Source of the DNA: an uncultured archaeon
Lineage (GTDB): Archaea; Iainarchaeota; Iainarchaeia; Iainarchaeales; 0-14-0-20-30-16
Assembly: GCA_964565125.1 (NCBI GenBank)
Contig: CAZMCX010000001.1
Location: 19,655 to 32,935, forward strand
Direction: 5' to 3'
Length of the DNA stretch: 13,281 nucleotides
A program made the position numbers and the translations under genes. This document shows positions 1-6,100 of this stretch, one piece after another. Each line of letters starts with the position of its first letter. Positions within the stretch are counted from its first letter, which is position 1. Under the pieces are notes generated by a model, which saw nothing but the letters and a program-made list of their open reading frames with translations, was not told the origin of the DNA and did not search any database.

Positions 1-1
1 G

Positions 2-9
2 AAAAAAAA
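2..9 (-). terminator. oligo-T tract (T8 on the minus strand) just 3' of tbp
   Basis: The A8 run at 2-9 on the + strand is T8 on the coding strand, 3 nt after the TAA stop (13-15). Oligo-T tracts are the usual archaeal intrinsic termination signal. Confidence 0.4.
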
Positions 10-12
10 GGT

Positions 13-561
13 TTATGCCTTCTTCTTTTTTAAAGTCTCTGCAAGCTTCTCAATTTCTTTTATGCTGTCAATAACATCTTGTTCGGACTTTGCACCTGCA
101 CAGATGATCTTTCCATTCTTGAATAAAAGTAGACTTACTTTGGGTTTGTAAAGTCTAATTATTGCGCCCGGAAATTGCTCTGGTTCATATTCAACATTAT
201 CTAATTCTAAAGCCATATCAAATAAGTTAAATGTTTGATCTATTTGAGCATTGGCAACAATGTTAACAATTTCATATACTGGTTTAGTTTGGATTTGTAT
301 ATCTGACTGAAGCTTGTGAATTATTTCGGAACATCTTTTTATTGCTAAAGGAACTTCTGCATCAGAACTTGCGCCTGCACAAATTATCTTTCCGTTTTTA
401 AACAAAAGCAAAGTAACTTTTGGTTCAGTTAGCCTCATTATTGCACCGGGAAACTGTTCGGGTTCATATTCTATGTCTGGATGGCTTACAGCTAAATTAA
501 ACAAATCCAATTGACCGCCTAAAAAAGAAGATGCTACTCGATTAACTATCTTATACTTCAT
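13..561 (-). CDS. tbp: TATA-box binding protein (TBP), two-repeat saddle
   Basis: The translation has the TBP internal duplication: EYEPEQFPGAI(M/I)RL..PKV(T/S)LLLFKNGKIICAGA occurs twice (nt 352-471 and 73-192), and IVN.VA repeat starts are present. I place the start at ATG 561 (MKYKIVNRVAS...). A GAGGTG Shine-Dalgarno sits 7 nt upstream and the N-terminal length is typical. The ORF-track start at 591 adds 10 aa and is an alternative leaderless start. Confidence 0.95.
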   Translation of the reverse strand: MKYKIVNRVASSFLGGQLDLFNLAVSHPDIEYEPEQFPGAIMRLTEPKVTLLLFKNGKIICAGASSDAEVPLAIKRCSEIIHKLQSDIQIQTKPVYEIVNIVANAQIDQTFNLFDMALELDNVEYEPEQFPGAIIRLYKPKVSLLLFKNGKIICAGAKSEQDVIDSIKEIEKLAETLKKKKA

Positions 562-612
562 ACTTTTACACCTCAAAGAGAGTAAATCCATTTAAAAATT
601 TTTGTGGCCCTA

Positions 613-620
613 TTTATAAA
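613..620 (-). promoter_or_regulatory. TATA box (palindromic TTTATAAA) for tbp
   Basis: TTTATAAA lies 21 nt (592-612) upstream of ATG 591 and about 50 nt upstream of ATG 561. The expected TSS is near 590, giving either a leaderless mRNA from 591 or a 30-nt leader carrying the GAGGTG SD for 561. Confidence 0.5.
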
Positions 621-633
621 TATAATAGAAACC

Positions 634-641
634 TTTATAAA
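634..641 (+). promoter_or_regulatory. TATA box (TTTATAAA) for the 695..1606 gene
   Basis: This is the second TTTATAAA in the divergent intergenic region. The predicted TSS is near 664, giving a leader of about 30 nt that contains GGGTGAT (683-689) 5 nt before ATG 695. Confidence 0.45.
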
Positions 642-694
642 TAAACTATTATATTATATCTATGTTTTTTGAAAACTTTTATGGGTGATAATTA

Positions 695-1606
695 ATGTAT
701 GATGATGCTCCTGCAGGACCAGATCCTTTAGCTAGTTACGCAGACTCCGGAAGCGGAAATGGCTTTTTTGATAAAATTAAGGCACATTCTGAAGTATGGA
801 TACCTCTAGTTTTGATAATAATTTTGTTTTTGTTTTTATCAGTTTATTTTGGTATGATAGATGCTAAGTCAGTACCATTAGTTGGTGGATTACTTTCAAG
901 CATAATGGGAGATTATAAACAAATTTTGTTGGTTGGACAGCCATGGATGAGTCCATATAATCAGGATTCATATTCTGTTTTAGAACAAGGGGTGAACGGT
1001 CAAAAATATAAAATAAAGCGGATAGAAAGTGCACAAAACTTTGCACATAATCCTAAGAACCAAATAAAGAATTATGATTTAATTATCTTAGATCAGACAA
1101 TGCTTAGTGATAAATCAATACCGCCAGATCTTTCAAAGGCACTAATTGATTATGTATTTGTAGGTGGAAAGCTAATAATAGTTGGAGATTCTGCAATATA
1201 TTTAACTGGAAGATCAGACTTAGCTGGTTTGCCAGCAACATTTAACGAGAGCATGGCACCAGTTGATTGTATGATCCCAATAGATAGTGGCCCAAAATGT
1301 GCAACACCAATACCGTTGCCTTATGGAGTCTGGTATAATGCAAATAAAACAAAAATATTCCAAGGAATTGACAAGATCCCTCCTAATCCTTTTATACAAG
1401 GATTACAAGGATTGCCTTTTACAGTATTTGATGTTTATCCACAAGATGATGAATGGGCATATATCCAAGATGTTGTAAGTAAGAAAATATACACTGGGAT
1501 AGTAAAGAGCGGATATGGTTTGGGAAAAGTAATATATTTCAATTATCAAGAAGTGGGATTAACTCCAAGTATATTGGAATATGTTGTTGAAGAATTAATA
1601 GGGTAA
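695..1606 (+). CDS. membrane-anchored protein; the ectodomain tentatively resembles the class-I glutamine-amidotransferase-like fold (ThuA/DUF4350/GldG-type)
   Basis: A 303-aa ORF with an SD site. It has one N-terminal TM helix (WIPLVLIIILFLFLSVYFGMI). The pattern KQILLVG...NYDLIILDQ...LIDYVFVGGKLIIVGDS...GKVIYF recalls GATase1-like non-catalytic domains. The function call is weak. Confidence 0.7.
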   Translation: MYDDAPAGPDPLASYADSGSGNGFFDKIKAHSEVWIPLVLIIILFLFLSVYFGMIDAKSVPLVGGLLSSIMGDYKQILLVGQPWMSPYNQDSYSVLEQGVNGQKYKIKRIESAQNFAHNPKNQIKNYDLIILDQTMLSDKSIPPDLSKALIDYVFVGGKLIIVGDSAIYLTGRSDLAGLPATFNESMAPVDCMIPIDSGPKCATPIPLPYGVWYNANKTKIFQGIDKIPPNPFIQGLQGLPFTVFDVYPQDDEWAYIQDVVSKKIYTGIVKSGYGLGKVIYFNYQEVGLTPSILEYVVEELIG

Positions 1607-1674
1607 AATCCAAACCATTCTTTATTTGTTTTCTTTAGTAGTAAACCTAACTATTGCTGTCTTTATCCTACTTG

Positions 1675-1692
1675 TTTTTTTATTTATTTTTT
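1675..1692 (+). terminator. oligo-T terminator region after the 695..1606 gene
   Basis: T7 (1675-1681) and T6 (1687-1692) runs lie on the coding strand about 70-85 nt past the stop. Confidence 0.4.
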
Positions 1693-1720
1693 ATTTCTAG
1701 TCCTGAAGATAATGTAACCT

Positions 1721-1728
1721 ATTTATAC
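1721..1728 (+). promoter_or_regulatory. TATA box (ATTTATAC) for the leaderless 1751..2392 gene
   Basis: A 22-nt gap separates it from ATG 1751. There is no SD at a usable distance. Confidence 0.45.
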
Positions 1729-1750
1729 TGGTGGTTCCTATTCTTTTAAC

Positions 1751-2392
1751 ATGTTGGGAGAAAGGATTTATTTGTTTGGCCATTTAGGGATGGCTTTATT
1801 TTTTTTATATGCATTCTTTTTCCAAGGCGGCGCAGGAAACTGGCTTTTAAACAATGGCCTAATAATGCTTATACTGGAAGCATATGGCATTATCTTAAAT
1901 ATTATTGTTTTAAATTGGTATTACCAAAAAATAAAAACTATAAAAGAGAAAGGTTATTGTATTGGTGTAACAATTGTATTTTTGTTAATTGCATCATATG
2001 TTGCATATAACGCTGATCTTTTTGTTTTTATCTATTTCTTAATTTCCTTTGTAATAAATTTTTACTATCTGAGACAGATAATAATTGAAGATGAAGTTGA
2101 ACAAAAGCAGATGAAAGTGGATTATAATTTGCTTATGCTCGTGTTTGCTTTTATTCTTGCACTAATTGTTTTTGTGATTTATTCTTTAGCTACTGAGCCA
2201 AGTAATCTAGTAAAAACAGTATCCAAATCAGATGTTATTGCTGCAATTAAATATCCTGAACTTATTGCCCCTTGGGGTTTCTTTTACTTCTTCTTTTTAG
2301 CAGTAAACCCCCTGTTAATAATTAGAAAGTTTAGGGATCGAAGAAAAAAAAAGCGGGCGATTTTAGAATATAATAAAAATAAGATAAACTAG
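1751..2392 (+). CDS. polytopic integral membrane protein, unknown function
   Basis: A 213-aa ORF with about 6 hydrophobic helices and a basic C-terminal tail (RKFRDRRKKKRA). I recognise no motif. Its 3' end overlaps the convergent gene by 30 nt. Confidence 0.7.
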   Translation: MLGERIYLFGHLGMALFFLYAFFFQGGAGNWLLNNGLIMLILEAYGIILNIIVLNWYYQKIKTIKEKGYCIGVTIVFLLIASYVAYNADLFVFIYFLISFVINFYYLRQIIIEDEVEQKQMKVDYNLLMLVFAFILALIVFVIYSLATEPSNLVKTVSKSDVIAAIKYPELIAPWGFFYFFFLAVNPLLIIRKFRDRRKKKRAILEYNKNKIN

Positions 2393-3184
2393 CACTATGG
2401 AAATAACTTGTAAAGGCAGTGCGGGCATTACTCTTTCTCCTGTTTTTTTGTTAAGAAGTAAATAGATTGTAAAACAAAGCATTACTGCGCTTAGACTTAA
2501 GATTATGAAAGCAAGAGCCGTGTTTATAAAAAGTGCAGAAGTGAAAAGCATTATTGGGATTGCAAAGTCTCCAGATCCGATATCTAATGGCTTTTTTGAA
2601 TAGTTTAAAGCAATTGTGAAAATGTAGTTAGTGTTTACTATATTCTTTGCCAAGAAGACCATGTGTTTTGTTTTATAGACCGCAATGTAGTCATATATTG
2701 CAAGAATTATGGCGAATATGAATAAAGGCAGAAAAGAGATAGAGTAACCGATCATGGTTGCAAATGTGGCAGTTGTTACTATCATTGAAAAGTTCTTTAG
2801 AAGCCGATTAGATTGTGCATAATATTTGGTAACACAAAGTATAACTGTTAGTAACAGTCCAATGTTTGGGATATTGAATATTGAAAACAAAGTTTCAAAC
2901 CCAATAAAAGTAAGAACAAGATCTAAGGTTCTTGTACTTCTTTTAAAAAATTTAAAAATAACTAATAATAAAAATGTGGAAACAAATACTCCACCAGCAA
3001 GGTAATAGATGTTCGCCAGGCTCTCTTTTGTGTCTGCCAAAGGATTTATCTGGATACTATTAATCTTTAGAGTGTAAAGCACTATTAAAGCCAGAGCAGC
3101 AATAAGGGCATAGGAAAAAAGAATCTTAAAATAGATGATATTATTCTTTAAAAACTGGCTTGTAGTGAAGCGGTTTAGGTTCAT
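2363..3184 (-). CDS. presenilin / signal-peptide-peptidase-like GxGD intramembrane aspartyl protease (archaeal PSH type)
   Basis: A polytopic membrane protein with all three family signatures in the correct order: YD (AIYDYIAVY, Asp codon 2690-2692), GxGD (IGSGDFAIP, Asp codon 2567-2569) and PAL (MPALPLQ, 2417-2425). I prefer ATG 3184 because GGGGA lies 5 nt upstream. The ORF-track start is 3190. The gene overlaps the MCM 3' end by 44-50 nt in another frame. Confidence 0.8.
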   Translation of the reverse strand: MNLNRFTTSQFLKNNIIYFKILFSYALIAALALIVLYTLKINSIQINPLADTKESLANIYYLAGGVFVSTFLLLVIFKFFKRSTRTLDLVLTFIGFETLFSIFNIPNIGLLLTVILCVTKYYAQSNRLLKNFSMIVTTATFATMIGYSISFLPLFIFAIILAIYDYIAVYKTKHMVFLAKNIVNTNYIFTIALNYSKKPLDIGSGDFAIPIMLFTSALFINTALAFIILSLSAVMLCFTIYLLLNKKTGERVMPALPLQVISIVLVYLIFIIF

Positions 3185-6100
3185 AAACATCCCCTGCTCT
3201 CAAAAGTTTACTCACATAATCTTGTATCTTTAGTTTATCTATTTTTCTTGCTTCTGCTTCAGTCATTAGTTCATTTAACTTTATTGAATCGTGCTCTTTA
3301 CACCAATCTTTTATTGTTTCTAGTAAATTACGCATTTGGACTGCTTGTGAGTGGCTCTGGCCAGTAGCAATTATATCAATGTCCATATCTCCAGTTTCAG
3401 GGTCCATTCCTACTTGTTCCATAGAAGTTCTGAATAATTTTATTGCTCTTTCTGCATCTTCAATTTCTACAGTTTGACCTAATCTTACTCTTGCACTTGC
3501 TTCAGAGAGCCTGATTAAAGCTTCAAGCTGCCTGTAAGTTACTGTTACTCTTCCATCCTTGCTTTTTTTTCTTAAATCTATAAAGAATTTACCTAATCTG
3601 TCCATTGCTTTATCTGAAAGGACTGGAGAAATCTTTGTTCTTGCATAAGAAATATATTTTTTTAATAAATCTGGATGAATTTGTGGTTTTGAGCTTTTCT
3701 CAAGATAATCCCTATCTTTTTTTGCAAGATCTGTTTGCTTCATTTTGCTTAATAGTTCTCCGGTTTTATGGCCTTTTAGGATAGACATCACAGTTTCTTT
3801 GTCTCTTTTCTCGTCTAATAAATCTTTAATTGAAAAGAATAAATCAAATCTTGACATTAGGGTCGGGGGTATATCTATTTGTTCAGGGACTGTTTTATAT
3901 TGATCAAATCTGCCATACTTTGGATTTGCTGCTGCCAAAATACTGGTTTCAGTTTTGAAATTGGATACAATTCCTGCCTTCGCGATAGACACTGTATTGT
4001 GTAATATTAAACCCCCAGTAATAAAAGTTCTTGTTGGTTCAACAGTAACATCATACACCCATTCCGAGTCATGATTTTGTAATGTTTTTACAGCCTTTAT
4101 TATGACTAAGCTCATTTTTGAATTAATTATGTTTTCTATTTGTGATATTTCTTTTTCTATCTTGTTGATTTTGTTTATTCCTATTTCCCTAATCTTCTTA
4201 TTTAAAGTAGAATAAAGTTTTGTGTTTGGATTTCTTTCAATATAAGTAATCATACTTGTAGAAAGATTCATTTCTTTTGCAATAGTTTTTAATCTTATAC
4301 AAAAAGCAGTTCTAAAAAGTCGTGGGCTCTGGAAATCTTTTTCTTTTAGTAATAGTAGCTTTTTGTTAATTTTATTTAGAGCTTGTAATATAGTCTTTTT
4401 TTCCGCATTGTGTCCTTTTCTTATTGGGGTTACAAAATACCCTTTGCTTATTTTTAGTTCTTTTTGTATTTCATTTACTTGTTTAAGAATACTTATGGGT
4501 AACAATTCCCTCTGGCCACTTATTTTTGAGCTTTTTTCTATCTGTTTATGTATTTTAATTGATCTTTTATCCTGCTTGGAAACCAATTTTAAAAACTCAT
4601 TTTTTGAATTAAACCCTGTAATTACAATTTTATAATATTTTGCTTCTTTTCTGTTTTCTGTTTGTATTCTTGAAAAGATTCCTAGTTGTAATAATAAGTC
4701 TTGATAATCTTCAGCCATTAACTTAGAAGCGGTAATAAAACCAAATCGCCCACTATCAACAAATCCATCTCCCTCAAAAGCAGCAGATAAAAATGCATTT
4801 TGAATTGCCTCCGGACAAGCAAAAAGTTTTTTTGGAATTCGTTTTTGTGTAGACTTTGAAACAAGTTCTCCAAAGTTTTTTTCAAAAAAGTCATAAAGTG
4901 CTAAAGAACAGCATCTAATTGTTGTTAATGTTTTTGTTGCATTTTTTCTATTTTCTGGTTTTTGAATATTAATATTTAACTTAACATTAAAAGATTTTGA
5001 AAAAACATCATGCATTTTAGATAATATTTTTGAATCTGTATTACTAATCCCTATTTCAGCATAATGATTTGATTTATCTAAATAGCAATGGCCTTCGGTT
5101 AAAATGTAGCCTAATAAAGCCCCAAGTTCTGGTGTTATTGTATTTGGTAGTGTTATCTCTTTTTTACTCGTAACTATATTTTTATTATCTAATAATACTG
5201 TAGTTTTTTCTAAATTATTAAGTGTAGTATATGGACAAAATAATCCTTTTTTTAATGACTCTGCTGGCTTTTCAATAAAGCTGTTATTCTCCAGCACAAA
5301 AATGGGGTGGTTTGGTGTTACAGTTATTTTACGCCCATTAGAATAAGTTATTTCAATAAATTTATTTGGCGCCTTATGTCTACTTACTCTATCTACTTTT
5401 ATTGGGAATGTTTCCTTAAAATTAGTAGTTATTACAGAAAGATCTTTTACTTTTAAAATCTCACAATCTATTCCTTTCATTACCTTTGACTTGTTTTTAT
5501 TAATCAAAGAATCAACTAAATCTCCTATTTTTTCTTTTGAGCCATCCGAAAACATTATTTCAAAATCTTTGTGATAGGATTCCTGTTCCATGGCCTCATG
5601 CATTGCACTTCGATCCTCAGGGTTCATTTTGTCGAACTCATCGATCATTGCGAACCCTCCACTTGCTAATACAAGTGCACCGGCTTTTAGAGTCCAGCCG
5701 CCCTCTCCAAATTCATCTTTTACTGCTGATGCTGTGTTGTGTGCGATAAACCCATTTGCAAAGAAGTTGTGTACATCTTTTATTGTAAAATCATATACCC
5801 ATTTATCTTTTACATTACTTATTTTTTTTATAGTGCTGAAGACTAAATCTTTATCTGGTGGTTTTGCGGTTCTATGTTTATACTTTTTTAGTATTAAATC
5901 AAACTTTTCTTGCTTTTCGTTAATACCAAACCCTATATGTTTTTTAAATAGTTCCAGGTTTTCTTGAGAATAAATTGTTACTTCATATTGGCCAATAACT
6001 GTTTTTCCAGCAATTGTGTTTATGTTGCCTGCTCTCTTCTTTTTAGAAATATGTGATAATATTCCCCATCTACGCAATAGTAAAGATACTTGGGTTGCAA

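Noticed and set aside
864-1478. ORFs 864-1046 (-) and 1287-1478 (+)
   Set aside because: They overlap the 303-aa gene in antisense or alternate frames, and have no start signals or motifs.
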